A stretch of DNA of 64,000 nt from Owenia fusiformis (taxonomy: Eukaryota). The position numbers and the translations under genes are program-made. Under the pieces are notes generated by a model that worked only from the letters and a program-made list of their open reading frames with translations, did not search any database and was not told where the DNA came from. Positions within the stretch are counted from its first letter, which is position 1. Each line of letters starts with the position of its first letter. Positions 1 to 14,900 of this stretch are shown here, piece by piece. The stretch is from the NCBI GenBank assembly GCA_903813345.2, contig CAIIXF020000001.1:29326001-29390000 (forward strand), given 5' to 3'.

Positions 1-449
1 TTCAATAAGCTTAATTTGCAAGTTTCATCAGCAAAGACCTCATTAAACTAAAGCAATAAAACATTAAACAAACCAATCTGTGTCAAAACCAGGCCTAGGT
101 ATCAAATAAATACACCCTTGACTAGAATCATTTATTACTCTGTACAACTCCTCAACATTGAGTCAACAGTATCTCTTATACACCTGCCTCTTGACATATA
201 CCCAATTGCCCTTAAAACATGACATTGTCACAATGTTATTCTTCATTTCACTCTGTATTTGCAAGGTTTTGACACAGACAAGCAATTGTTTATAAATACC
301 ACTTCATCAGCCAATACTTTCCTCGCCTTCTGAGTCAATATTCAAATTTAATACAAGGAGTACAAAAGAAATGAAGGCAGAGAAAGTCTGGCTAGATCTG
401 TGGTATAAACTATAATTCTATAGGTCAGTTACAATGAGAGTTAACATAC

Positions 450-2998
450 CTTTAACAGCAACGCCATCATCAATACTAAGGGAGCCATCTTGTTCATTAC
501 GCTCTGCAGTAACCTTGAACCATTGTCCAGTCACTAGAGGTGTCTCATTCCTGATAACAGCTGGACCTGCACATAAAAACATGTTTTGCTCCAGTTCCAT
601 TCATCTTTTGTGATTCAGAGTTGTTACTTTTAATTTTCTAAAGGCTAAAGATTTAAAAAAAATTTTAAACTTCTTTGAGTGCTTGAAATCAAGATTTTCC
701 CTTGAGTAATTTTTTCAAACATTTTTGTTGGGTGACAGTAAGTTCAAACAAATAAATCAATTCAATCCTTACCTGAACCACTATCGAACCTGAATTCAAT
801 CTTGCCATCCTTGACAGCAAGAGAAATAAAGTCTCCGTAACCATCATTCTTCTGGCCATTATACAGCAAGATGCCATCACTAAGTGAGTTTAACTTGAAC
901 ATCATGACAATCTCGGACTTGAGGGTGGCGTCTTGTAGGGTGGGGAATGAGATATGAGAACCATTGCTGAAGCTTGGGTATAAGATGCTTATTCCTAGAA
1001 ATACATGTACATCAAATGACAATTACTGTAATGAATCTGTTTTGAACAAAGATTTGTACAATAATGCTCATCACGCAGCATCAATTACAGAAACTCATTC
1101 ATTTTGGTCTTACATCAAATCTCGCTAGTGTCTTATGTGAGGAAGAGAATAATGGATGGTCCCTCAGGTAGATATGCATATCTCCTTCTGGATAAGCCCC
1201 ATATCCAAAACAATCCAGTACATAACCCGTATATACATGTATCACATACCAGTATATATTTTTTGAAATACATCTTGAGCTATCACAATACCTATAAGCA
1301 ATACCTTACATTTGAGAGCATTCTGCTCTTACCTTGTTCACACCTATCACCAAGTTTGCCAACTGGACATGTACAACTGTATCCAAGATCTCCTCTCAAG
1401 TCATAACATCTGCCTCTTTCTCCACAAGCACCTAGATATAGAACAAGTTGACTTATACCCTGGAAATGTGGCACTGATCTAACATTGTAATCTAATTAAC
1501 ATGAATTTCTCCTGGATTTTTGCATTAATCTATGATATGAAATGCACAAAATTGAAATTACTTACAAATACTTGAGCTTAAACTCCAAAGCAAACCTTAT
1601 ATCAAGAATAACTGTTCAGAAACAGAATGATTCATTCACACATACCTGGGAAGCATTTTTCTCCTTGAATCTCACAGTTCTTGCCAGAGAATCCAGTCAA
1701 ACACTGGCACTTGTAGCCCTCATCTGTGCTGGCAGCCAGGCATTCTCCTTGGTTCTGACAGGGCTTCTTCTTGCAGGAGTCATAGCCAATCACATTAATG
1801 ATCTCAATGGCATCTGCCCCAAGATCCAGCTGGACACCATCCAGTTGGACTCGACTGACAGCACCTAGTAACATAGTCAATTGTACAGTGATGCCTGGGT
1901 TGATATTTGTGCTTGGTGTTTAACATAGGAATATAAGTATAGACAGTTTTACATGTATTAACATAAAATTATGAAGAAATTAATATGCTGATTGAACAAA
2001 CACATGGTATTGTATACACATGGATTATTCCCTAATGTAGCTTAAATGGAATCTTACTCTCAAAACTTTATTTCTTACCTACAAAGCCCTGTCTGAAACC
2101 AGCAGCCTGAGGGATTTTGTTGTAGTCTGGGACACCTCCCAGGTACATGTTGTCAACAAGGTCAAGACCACGGAAGTTACCAGGGGCACGACCTCTGTAT
2201 TCTTGTCCATTCAGGATCATTGTGCCTGCAAGTCAACATGTTGTACACATTAATATACAAATGTATCTCACAATTTTAAAAATAATTTTAATGGAATAGA
2301 AAAGAGAGTTTTAAGTTTAGTTAAAACCATGTAATTATAAATTCAATCTGATGTTTTTAACATCAATTATGAAGCCTGATATCTTCATTATCAAAGTCAA
2401 ATTTCATTTAGATTCTCATACTATCAAAGCATTAGACTATTAGATGTATGTATGCATACCATCTCTCTCCTTTCTGCTGAGGCGGACATTATGCCAAGAG
2501 TCAAGAGAGACGGGATCAGCACAGCGAATGATTGCAGGTCCAGAACCAACATCAAAGCGGAACTCAGGGTGTCCTTCAGCCATACCAAATGATACAAAGT
2601 CACCACTTCCGTCATTCTGCTGTCCATTGAACATTATCAAACCTAGAAAACAACTTATCTAAATAATAATAATCCGAACTAAGTTATTTACATCACAAGC
2701 ATTCTGATGATGTACATTTGTACAGCTCAAATTCACCAAATAAGTTTCCAAGTACATGTATGCGTATTACATGTTTTACAATGATGAAAAATCATGCATT
2801 TCTTGTGCAGTGTAATCAAAGGTACTTGAATGTAACATACTTATAGAAATAAAACGTGAACACTATACATAGGATATTACATACCATCGGATGTGAGAGG
2901 CTTGAAAGACATGTCAATGTCAAATTCTGTGTATGCATTGCTTAGTGTAGGGTAGCTGATATATGAGGCTGGGTTCTGTTGGAAGTAGGGAACAAGCT
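450..2998 (-). CDS. HSPG2: Perlecan domain V (partial): LamG1, two EGF-like repeats, LamG2
   Basis: Exons 2885-2998 ([34 protein letters not shown]), 2460-2642, 2079-2225 ([15 protein letters not shown]...FRQGFVG), 1646-1864 ([12 protein letters not shown]), 1333-1431 (CGERGRC...[12 protein letters not shown]), 773-994 (GILLYNGQ...[21 protein letters not shown]) and 450-566. All have GT/AG borders and join in frame. Confidence 0.92.
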
Positions 2999-5900
2999 CT
3001 GAAAAACAAAACAAAAAGAAATTATTATTTTACCCTGAAGGCTGAAATACTTCTGTTTTATTTCCATGTTTTCTGTAAATGACTTCATTATAAGGGGAAG
3101 CTAAAAGTATGATTTTCTCATTCTTCTATTTATTGGTATAATTCAGCTACAAGGCTTGTCCTGAGAGCCCAGTTATAATATTCGCTCTCTATAACAAAAT
3201 GATAACACAATTGTTTCCAATAAAATATATATGCTGACAGTTTGTAAAGAATTTTAACTTTTTGAGAGCCAATGAATAATGGGTTTTGTATACTTTTGAT
3301 GACTTGTATGCAAGAGAACATACCTCCAATAACCAAGTAGACCTCTGCATCAGAGTAACCTAGTTGATTTTGGGCTGTGCAGATATATGTTCCACTATCC
3401 TCTGGCCTGATGTTAGGTATAGTCAGACGACCATCTTCTTGAATGTGATCACTACAAAACAGTTGAGCAAATATACTGAAGTGCTACATTGAGTATATTA
3501 ATGTTTATTTCTTATAGATAGTACATTTGTTCCTTGTTGATTTTTCAAATGTTAAAGTTCAGAGCATAATTGATTTAAATATCTAGTGTCATCTACTAAT
3601 GGCAAACCAATATCTAACCTTGGAAGTGGTCCCTCCTTCTTGCTCCATGATATAGCTGGGGGAGGTGATCCCCTGGCGTCACATGTTAACACGGCAGTGC
3701 TGCCTATAGTAGCTTGTACTGTGCTTGTGGCAACTGGGATGATTGGCTCAGCTGTCGAGTAAATAAATAAAGAGTATAAAACAATAATAAATAAACAATA
3801 CATTAATGTGACAAAACCTCACAACCTGTTATCATAAATGCTTACAAAAGTTAACAATTAATTACAAAAAAACAGTCAAAAATGGTAGCTATAACAATTT
3901 TCACCATCAAGAAGTGGTATTGCACTACAAGTGAAAGATCTAGTCATATTTTATGTTATACTTTAATCTAATTTTTCACACTTGATGTGGATGAACACTC
4001 AATCTGCATTTTCATTTTCCTCTTGATCCACATATTCAAAACCCAAGGATATGACCCAAAGATCGCATGCAACAATAGCCAGACAAGTTTAATACTTTCT
4101 TACATTGTACAAATAGGACCACTTGGGAGAAGACAGTGCCTGCTATATTAGATGCAATACATCTGTATGTGCCTGCATGTTCTGCTTCGATGTATGGAAT
4201 AATCATTAGACCACCATTGATCTCAGCATTGCTTGGTAGTCCCCCTTCAGTCTTTTCCCAGTTAAGGATGGGCTGTGGTGTACCTAAACAGAGTTTTCAA
4301 GATCTCAACTAGGAATTCATTTAAGTCTGATCACATCAGACACATTTATTTAATTTAAGACATAAATCCATAACATTTACTTTCATTAATTCAACAAAAA
4401 TAGCCATTTATTCGTATGATACATCATGTATTTTTGACCATTTGACCATTTGTTTTATTTTAAATGTGACATTTTGCCTTCTGAAAACAAACCCCACTAA
4501 CCTGTTGCCTCACAGCTCAGTTCTATTCTGTCCCCAACAGAGACTGTCTGCTCCTCCACTCTTACATTTGGCCGTTCCGTTCTCCGTGCTATAACACAAA
4601 AAGTAGCAATGATACTTATGTTATAACAGTGAACACAATACAGTACAAGTAAATGTTTTATTAACAAACAAAAATGAGCTGCTTGCAATATATGCAAAAC
4701 ATTTCTTGTGATGATATACAATAATAGACATGTACTGTATTTATATTCAGAGTCTTGTATTCTTTAGGCTTCTACTTGCAGATGTATCTTCTATCTGGCA
4801 TTTCTAACTCATGTAATTTTGAATTCAACATACAGCTAATTAAACTGGGTAAAGCTGATGCAATTCAATTTTACATTTAATCAACACTTTAAATTTTGAT
4901 TTTGCGTCAGGTTACTCACAATAAGGGTATATCCAAACTGTATTTGAAGCTTTACATGAACTCAAAATTCAAAGTATTTGAATGATGCCTAAGAAGATGT
5001 GCAATATTATCTGTAGCTTTTGTAGCTCTGAAGCACATTCAATAACACATATGTATATACATGTACATGTGTATGTACATGTACATGTGTATTGAAACTA
5101 ATAGAGCATTGTGCAAAGATAAACCAGTTGAAATTGTATAAAGGGGCTGGAGAGATATCGATTTCCGGCAAAAGCAGATATAGTTTTGTGCCATAATTGA
5201 ATTATATAGTTTATATTGCTGAGTACTTGTCATTTAATGTGTTAAGTGCCCCAGGTACATCTTCCTATGACAGTTTATGGAATTAACATTGACAAATTAT
5301 CCAAAATAATATGAGATGTGGTACTGTACAGTTTTCCTGAAAATTACATAAAAAGAGAACTTTATAAAGGGGTTAACTTTAGCATGCTTTGATATGAGCA
5401 ATTCAAATCAATATTCAAATTTTTAGTAGGCAAACTCAAAATGAAAAACTGTTTTTTGCCAGATGTTGTTTTACTGATCTGACCTCTAAGCGGGCGTAAA
5501 TAATTTGCAGTTAGCAGTAACAGTTTTATGAAGACTTTCTCAATAATTATCCAACATGGATTTGGTATATGGATTCCTCATTCATCATATTTCTAGAAAC
5601 CATGGTTTATTTAGCCTTTAATTACCATATCATGATATATGAGCTCCCTGATATTAAACTCCAAAAAGGTCTCTAAAACACAATCACATATTTGCAAGGA
5701 TGAAGAGTTATTAATGTCAATTAATGAAATTCAAACTGTTTCTAGGTTATCTGAATTAGATTAATTCAAGAGAAAATCACAAACACAAATTAGAATGCTA
5801 GCATATGACGCAAGTGGCAGCATATAAAACTATTATATCTTAAGAAATCAAGATAACATTTGACAATTAAATGAACTGACACCAAGCATTTGGAATGAAC

Positions 5901-8900
5901 TTGACTAAAATGTTGCAAGGCAATAAAATTATGAATACCTTGTTATACCTTACTTGTTATAAAAGCAAAAATGAAGTCCCTGCCTATATATGATAGAAAG
6001 AAGCTTTGAAACAAATCCCAAGAGGCTAACTGATTCCCTTTTATGTAAATGCAGAAAGTGGACGCAACTTGGATCTATGGGGTCAATAGAGAATACATGT
6101 CCTTCAGACAGAGCTTTAACAGACTTAATTTGAATGCTTGTAAGATTACCACATTGCGGTTTCTAACCAAATTATGGTTACTAGGTGACCAAAATATGGT
6201 TGCTATGACAACACAATGTGGTTGATAGAATGACTTACCCTGATCAGAGAGCATCACGTTTATATCACGTTTGTATCTTGCTACTAAACACAAAGATGAA
6301 ATTTTTACTTCACTATGTACCTAAACCAGAGCTCTTTCTACTGCCCACATTGCTAGGCTAGCATACCTATATGCCATACATAATAATGAACAAAATGGCA
6401 AAATAGCCATGTCAAGTACAAGATTCAGCTTTCATGTTAAGCTCTATATAATTGTGGAAGCAATAAGCTGAAATTTAACAAATAAACGTAACCACAGAAG
6501 AGGACAATGGGCCAAGATGCACAGGGTCTGAGTTTCATACAAGTGAGACATAAACAAAGCATTTAGATTTGACATAGAGTTAAATTTTCTCTCAGTTCCT
6601 TCAGAATTTACTGCATTTGAAAACTTTTGCAATAAACAATATTTTTTTCAAAATAGGATACTTTTGAATATTATTTTCTGATAGATCATATCCCTTTTCA
6701 TAAAAATAGTAATAATGTACAAGAATCCAGCATTAATAGCAAACTTATAAAAATTAGTTCAAATGAATATGCCATTCTTTATCAAATATGTCAAGAATTA
6801 CATTAATGTGCGTGCCAAAAATTGACTATATTAATAAAATACAATGTGAATTTTCACAGAAAAGCTAAGCTTAATTCCAACTGGCGAACAGCAATTACAA
6901 TCAGATGTGTGCAAACACAATTTTAACGAGTATAAATATAAAAATGTTTCACATGAATGGAAATATATTAATATGTGCATAACAAAAACATGTGAATACT
7001 GGAGTCTCTGAAATACCACACAAGTACATGGTGAGCCAAAAAAGCGAATAACAAGTGATGGACTAATCGTGATGGCAAGTTTCTCCAATTATGTAAGGAA
7101 AACATTTTGAATGACCCATCCATCCAAAATTAGCACTCAGTTATTTGAAGTAATTTGAATCCTAATATGATGAAATACTCACAATGTTAATGCATGAATC
7201 TAAAGTTATATTTTTAGCCCACCCTATATGAACAAATAAAGAAATGAAAGCATAAACATAAAGAAAGTAGCAGATATGTGCACCATATTATACTATGTAA
7301 ATTGTATAGAAAGCACTGAAGCAAAAGCAACATGAGTACAAATTATGAAGGTGATATACAAGAAAAAGAATACAGTATTAAGTCACTATATTAGTCTGGG
7401 ATCAAGGTAGGAGCTAACAACAATAGGAAGTTCATTGAAGTTCCTTTTAATAATGTCTTCACATTTCATTGTGTTTCAATGCATTGTCAGTTATTTTGGC
7501 AATTGATTAATAATAAAAAAAAATCATGAAAAAAATATCGAAAAGTAACAATGTCAAGTGATACACATTTCCTGAAGTTATATAGAGTAGCAAAACCAAT
7601 CACCAAAGTTCTCACTATTCGTCAAAAATTCCACAAGAATTTCTTGATTTACACATGCAAAGGTGTACTACAAACAGGTAACCAGTATTGCTGTTGTAAC
7701 ATGGTAGATCTTGATTCCAGACTGATATAATATAATACATAAACTCGAATATATTATATTAGTCATTACAAAAGTTTGAAATGAAAGAAACAGTTTAGTT
7801 CAAATCTTATTAGTAGAAAGATTTATAATTGTTAAAAAAGGGAATATCATAAAGGAGAGATGTACAGGTGTGTATGCCTGATGTAATAATTTTCAAACAG
7901 AGTTATCCTAAAATTCCCATGTACGAACTTTTCATTGTTTATTAAGGTATCATACACCTTCAAAAAGATTTCATGAGGGAATTTCAAACATTTTTAAATT
8001 AGAAAAACTACATCATGAAGCTTGGTGCCCGCCCTACTGCTGCACATCAATTTGAATAAAAAGTTTGGAATTCCTTCAACAAAATGAAATCTTTCATGTA
8101 TACGACTCTTTGTGAAGTATTCTGTAGTAATAAAGTGGAGGCCTACCTTCAACTCGGAGATAGGCATAGTCTCTCTGTGCACCTGCGTCATTGCGGGCCA
8201 TACAGATGTATCGACCAGAATCCTCTTCAGCCAAGTTATAGATACTAAATAACACATCATTATTTTTGATTCAGAATTTAGCTCAGCATTAGCTAGAATA
8301 TCATGATATAAACTATGCATGCAAGAAAAAAGATAAAAATAAATTGAGAATTATTTATAAATTCAGTCAACTTCTAAGGCTTCTAATAATCTATTTATTC
8401 TGTTTAATAGATCTGAAATTTGATAAATCTTACCTTAGTACACCATTTTGTATGAAATGGGTCTCTGGGAGTGCCCCACCATCTTTGGTCCACTCGATCC
8501 TGGGCCGTGGGTTACCTGTTACATCACAGCGGAACTCTATTGTGTCTCCTACAGCCCTAGCCTCATCTCTGGGCCCAACACTGACTGTTGGTGGCACTGT
8601 AATATGTATGACATAATTGATCATGGTTGTGAATACATATTGTCATGAATTAGGTCTACCGTCCTTCATTCTTCAGATTTTACATTGTGGCTTATTTGAG
8701 TCAAATACTATGAACCCTACAGTACACAGAAAGAGCTTTATTACTGAAATTACTCACAAATATTTCATTCAGTCAAGTAACGAGATGATGTATGAGTAGA
8801 TACACCTACCACTAACGATGATCTCTACAATGCCTTCAGACCTGCCTGCTACATTGGTAGCAATGCACTTGTACTGTCCAGCATCAGCAGCAGTGATCTG

Positions 8901-11900
8901 TGAGATATCAAGCACACCTGCTCTCTCAAAAGCTGATGGAGATAGGCCACCTCCAACCTTGGTCCACTCCAAAGTGATGGGGTCTGTCCCCCTGGCATTA
9001 CAGGAAAGACGTACACGCTCTCCTGGTCGTACAGTCTGACTGGGGGGTGTGGCGGACACAGTTGGTGGAACTTAAATTGAAAATGAATTGAATAGTGTAA
9101 ACGTTACATTACAGATAATAAATCATTGAGATCATAAAGCATTCAGATTTGTAGCAATATTTGTTAAAAAGATACCAGAATTATGATCTTGCATAGAAAT
9201 TTGATCTTGCATTATATTGCCCAAGTAGGTGTAATGCTAAAACGAATAACCTATTTAACATATATGTAATCTACTAGCCTGGCTTGCATGTAACTTAACA
9301 CATACCTGTTATAACTAGTGTAACACTGACTGAGACGGCCCCCACCTGGGTACTGGCACTACATATATACTCTCCGGCATCCTCTGGTTGCACTCGCTTG
9401 ATTGTTAGCACACCATCTCGGATAGAATGGTTTGGTGGCAAGTTTCCTGAGGCCTTTGTCCATCTGACTCTGGGTGGGGGATTACCTTAAAATATAGATG
9501 ATCAAAATATAATGTTACCTATAATTCTAGAAATTGTAATAATATAAGTTAAGCCTCTTTATATTCTATATTTTCAATATTTTGCTACTAAAATACGACA
9601 GGACTAGAAAAAGCATGTTGATGAATTCAGACTTGATGATAATAGACCTGAACACACCTGATATGATACATCTGAACTAACATGATGGGGTACACCTGAA
9701 CTCACCTGCAATAGTACACCTTAATTCTGCCTGCTGTCCCTCTACAAGACTGAGAGTATCTCGAGGGTAGATCTGGGGTGGATCAACAGGTCCAATTGGT
9801 GGTCTTGTAGGTTGTACTCCTCTCTCAACTGTAAACCAAATACAAATCATATAACATTGTTTGGAGAACAAAATGCATGAAAATCATGATGATGATTTTC
9901 ATGAATTTAAATCATTAGCATCAGGAATCTGTTCACTATTGTATCAAATAAAATGCGATTATCATTTTTACATAACGCAGGGTGGTACTAGTTTCATATC
10001 AATCTTCACCCACCAATCAGTTCGAATCTCTCCTCTGATCGTCCAGAAGAGCTCTGAGCCACACATATGTAGACTCCCGCATCCCGGACTGTAACACGAG
10101 TAATCTCAAAGACAGCAGATCCAGGCTGGGCTCCCACAGCACCCTCAGGGATACCTTCAGTCCTGAAGTTGTCAGATGTCTGCCAGTAGACTGTTGGGGT
10201 GGGGTCACCTTCGGCAACACACTCAATGCGCAATGCCTGGCCTTCACGTATATTGAGAGGGCTCCTTGGACTGATCATCACCTTAGGGAGACCTGAAGTA
10301 AAGAAAAAATAATAGAGTTCTATATACAAGGCATTAACATGACAAAATGTCACCACCTAAAACAATTTGGTCAATTTAAAGCAAGTTGGAAAATACCTTT
10401 TGTCCCTAAGAAGGTTTGATTTGAACTTCTTAGAACATGTAGATGATTTTGAAAAAAAAATTCGTCAAGCAAGTTGAAAAAATACCTCTTTGACTTTTTT
10501 TGACATTGAGAAGGTCATTGAAGGTCAAATGTCAAATGTAAAGTCAGATTTGAACTTCTGAGAACATGTAGATGATTTTGAAAAAAAAATTAAGTAAATT
10601 TGAAGCAAGTTGAAAAAAGACCTTTTTGACCTTGAAAAGGTCATTGAAGGTCAAATGTCAAATCTAAAGTCAGATTTGAACTTCTGAGAACATGTAGATG
10701 ATTTTGAAAAAAAATTAGTCAATTTGAAGCAAGTTGAAAAAAGACCTTTTTGACATTGAGAAGGTCATTGAAGGTCAAAGGTCAAATCTAAAGTCAGATT
10801 TGAACTTCTGAGACCTTGTAAAAGTCAAATTTGAACTTCTGAAAAGATGTAGATGATTTTGAAAAAAAAAGTTGGTCAATTTGAAGCAAGTTGAAAACAG
10901 ACCTTTTTGACCTTGAGAAGGACATTGAAGGTCAAATGTCAAATCTAAAGTCATATTTGAATTTCTGAGAACATGTAGATGATTTTGAAAAAAAAATTTA
11001 GTCAATTTGAAGCAAGATGAAAAAAAGACCTTTTTGACATTGAGAAGGTCATTGAAGGTCAAATGTCAAATCTAAAGTCAGATTTGAATTTCTGAGAACA
11101 TGTAGATGATTTTGAAAAAAAAATTTAGTCAATTTGAAGCAAGTTGAAAACAAGACCTTTTTGACCTTTTTTGACCTTGAGAAGGTCATTGAAGGTCAAA
11201 TGTCAAATCTAAAGTCAGATTTGAAGGTCAAATGTCAAATCTAAAGTCAAATCTAAAGTCAGATTTGAATTTCTGAGAACATGTAGATGATTTTGAAAAA
11301 AAATTTAGTCAATGTGAAGCAAGTTGAAAAAAGACCTTTTTGACCTTGAGAAGGTCATTGAAGGTCAAATGTCAAACCTAAAGTCAGATTTGAACTTCTG
11401 AGAACATGTAGATGATTTAGAAAAAATTGAAGTCAGTCTCAACAATATTTGTTAAGTTATAGGAAGTTGTAAGAAATTGTTACAGACGCCGGACGCCAAC
11501 CTCCAACCGCCGGACGCCGGACGCCAACCACCAACCGCCGTCGCAAAAAAAACGGAGACCATAACAATATGTCACCACTTTTGGTGGTGACATAATAAAT
11601 CAGGGTCATGGTCATAATAATCATGATGTATTGTTCGAGCATTGTTCTATTTGAGCCAAAGAATTACAATGCACAAAAATTGTCTTGCAAAAAATTAACA
11701 CATTCATATGAATTCAACTTCCATGCTAACAAATGTGACAATCAACTTATTCTCTTTAACTTTTCTTGTCTTTATAATTCTGATATTATTATAGCTAAAT
11801 CATTCACTAATTTTTCTTCAGTCACTATTTTGATAGGAGTTTTGGTATTAATATAAATCAATGAAATGGTCACTACAAAATATATTAACATTTAAGTATT

Positions 11901-14900
11901 TTTTGAAATTTCACACTGCTGTTTTGGCCTTTGGGATGTGCCAATTACCTTGGACAACTAGCGAAGCTGTAGCAGTAACTGTTCCTACGTCATTAGTAGC
12001 TGTACAAGTATATGGTCCCTGTTCACTCCCTGTCACCTGGTTGAACTGGATTACACCATTATCATCATGTATCACTGTGTTATCAGTCATAGCTTGACCA
12101 CCAGACCTGCACAAAACATATATGAGTAGATGTTTGTGGATATTATACAGTGCTGCCATTTGCAATCAAGAAAGACAGAAGGGTAGTCTATGCATCTAAG
12201 AGATATTGAGCTTCATATCATCAAAGTACAAATATGGTGTTCTATAGTTTAAACAATATGGGAATGATCAAGTTTTCCAATGTATTTCAATAGGGGAATT
12301 AGAAGATATGTCTTTACCTTGACCATACAATGGTAGGTGAGGGTATACCCCTGGTGACTCTGCACTGGAAGAGAACGCTGGATCCACGCTGGATAGTCTG
12401 GGTGGTTTCTGGATAGATCTCAAGCACTGGAGCCTCACGTCCTTGAATAACAAATCAGCCATTTTCAAAAATGTGCAAGTACCTCCATTTTTGTGAATAC
12501 GTCATCAACATACAAGACTAACACATAAACAGTCTATCTACATGTACATGTATGTAAACACTCTTGCTCTGCACTTATTTAACAATAATAATATGATGAC
12601 CAATATTGCTTGATTGACTAGAACATAACTCACGTTCAACTTCTACAATAGCTGAGGCTTGGTCTCTGCCTGCTACATTCTCGACTGAGCAGATATAAAG
12701 ACCTCTATCTTTCATTGAGGCCTCTGTGATACGTAGGATCTCATTGTTCACCTGAAATACAACAGTGAGTTTAACATTTAATAATTCATTATCACAAGGT
12801 GGTTAGCTGCATTCATTCTCTACTTATGACCCTGATCAATGATCTGTTATCTTGATCATGCTACTCGTATTATCTTCATCATGTTAATATTGTTTTAGAT
12901 GACTTTTGTAAGAATGAGACAAAAAAACAAATGCTTGACTTTTCCTTCGGCTTAAGCATTATCTCATATTTTACCAATTATGAATGAAACACTTTAGGGA
13001 AGAAATCTTAGCAGACAATATCAACCAAGGTCTCCAAAAATCATAATTCATTTGGAAAATGAATAGCTGATCTCTCTGTTGTCTTTAAATGTGTGTAGCA
13101 TTAACATTACCTGGTGGTTTGATGAAAGTTCTCCCCTGGCTCTGGACCAGGTGATGGTAGGTGTTGGAGTACCAGTGACAAGACACCTCAATGAGCCTGA
13201 GAGCCCAGTAGACACTGTAGTCCTCTGTGGCTCTATGGTGGCTGTAGGGGCCTCAGCTAGAATATAAATAATCAACAGTTAACTAGTATTATATAATTAT
13301 TTCTAATTCACAAAATTTGTAATGGTATTGTTAAATATTTATGATACTAACCTATGTTATAATAATATGAATTTTGGCATCTTCTTTCCCTTTGTGAAAT
13401 CAGATACCTCTTTATTTGTTCAAGGACACATTATATCAATATGACATGATGAGTGATTGGTTAATACAAGGTTTGTGAAACATGAGCCCCATTTGCATAT
13501 AACTAGGGTAGTGTTGTCTCTTGCAATGTGATGATGTATCTCTACTTACTGACAGGTCCCTGGCTAATGATGAGGACAGTGATAGCTATGCCACTAATGC
13601 CTGAATTTGCTGTTGCCTTACACTGATAGCGACCTGCATATGATGGCCGTACATCTGGGATGATAAGAACACCTCCTTCCTGTCTTGACCCTGAAATGCA
13701 AAGTTCAATATTTCATCAGATTTTTATAGGTTTAGAATTTATCATTATTTAAAGCTGAGGTTTAATATGGGGCAACACTACTCGAATATCTTGAAGCTGA
13801 CAGCCTGCTCCTCATTTACTACAGTATCCTACTTTCATAAAACCATTAGGGTAGAATACATCTGTTATTACCTGGAGGCAACTGTCCACCTATTCTGGTC
13901 CAGTCAATCCTTCCATCAAAGTCTCCTCTCACTCCACAGTTTAGTCTTGCCTCTACACCTATTGATATAGTCACCTCAGGTCCCTCAGTAATCACAATAT
14001 CAATTTTCTCCTCCTCTGTAACATTAGGGTATAAAACATAAAAGAGGGAATAATATTGGAAATCAGAAATATGAGCATTTACATGTTCATCAAAAAAGAC
14101 ATCAATTAAAAACTCAGTGCTGAATTTGTAGTGTAAAACATGAAACATTTGTAGCTCACATAGTAAAAGTCAGTATGTTGGGGTTAAGTTCTGAAGAACC
14201 ATGAAAAGACAAAGTGTTTTAGATATTTTAGTGTATTATTGGCATCATACAACAAATATCCTTTATCGTAAAGACATTCATGGTAAAATGAAACCTAAAT
14301 GTCGACAGAACCCTCTAGTATTAGACAGTACCAGAATTCTACGCTGCACCTACCTCCAGCTACATAGACTATAGTCCTGACAGACTGAGATCCTGCAACA
14401 TTGGTTGCTGTACAGTGGTACTCTGCCTCGTCACTCTTACGTGCTCTTGCAATGAAGAACCTGCCATTGGTGAACTCAGCCTCAGAACTGATCTCACCAC
14501 CACGTCCCCCAGTCCACTCAATGCTAGGGAGAGGACGTCCTGTTGCAATACAGTTGAAGTCAATGGGATCCCCAACATTGATGCTCAAGAACCTAGGTTC
14601 AATCCTGACTGAAGGTGCCTCACTTCCAACTAGAAACACAGCGAAGAGAAAATCCATAAATCATTGATATAAAGCAAATTCTGAATTTCAAAATATTTGT
14701 AGCTGACCCGGAGGCCCAAAGACTCAGCCCCAATATTGTGGAATTCTTTAATCGAATAATTTTGCGATACATGATTTTCCAAACAATATTTTTGCCCATC
14801 CCCTTGCCATGTCCGCCCCTGTGGATGGCATTCTAAGAGTAATATTATGATCTTACCTCCCACTGAGAGAGTTCCAGTGTCAGTAGCTGTAGTGTACAAG

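Noticed and set aside
5045-5092. (ACATGT/ATAC)n-type low-complexity tract
   Set aside because: Ordinary microsatellite; TACATGTA motifs are frequent throughout these introns.
10775-11062. 95-aa ORF with internal repeats
   Set aside because: It is a translation of the ~125-bp satellite inside the HINE-like element.
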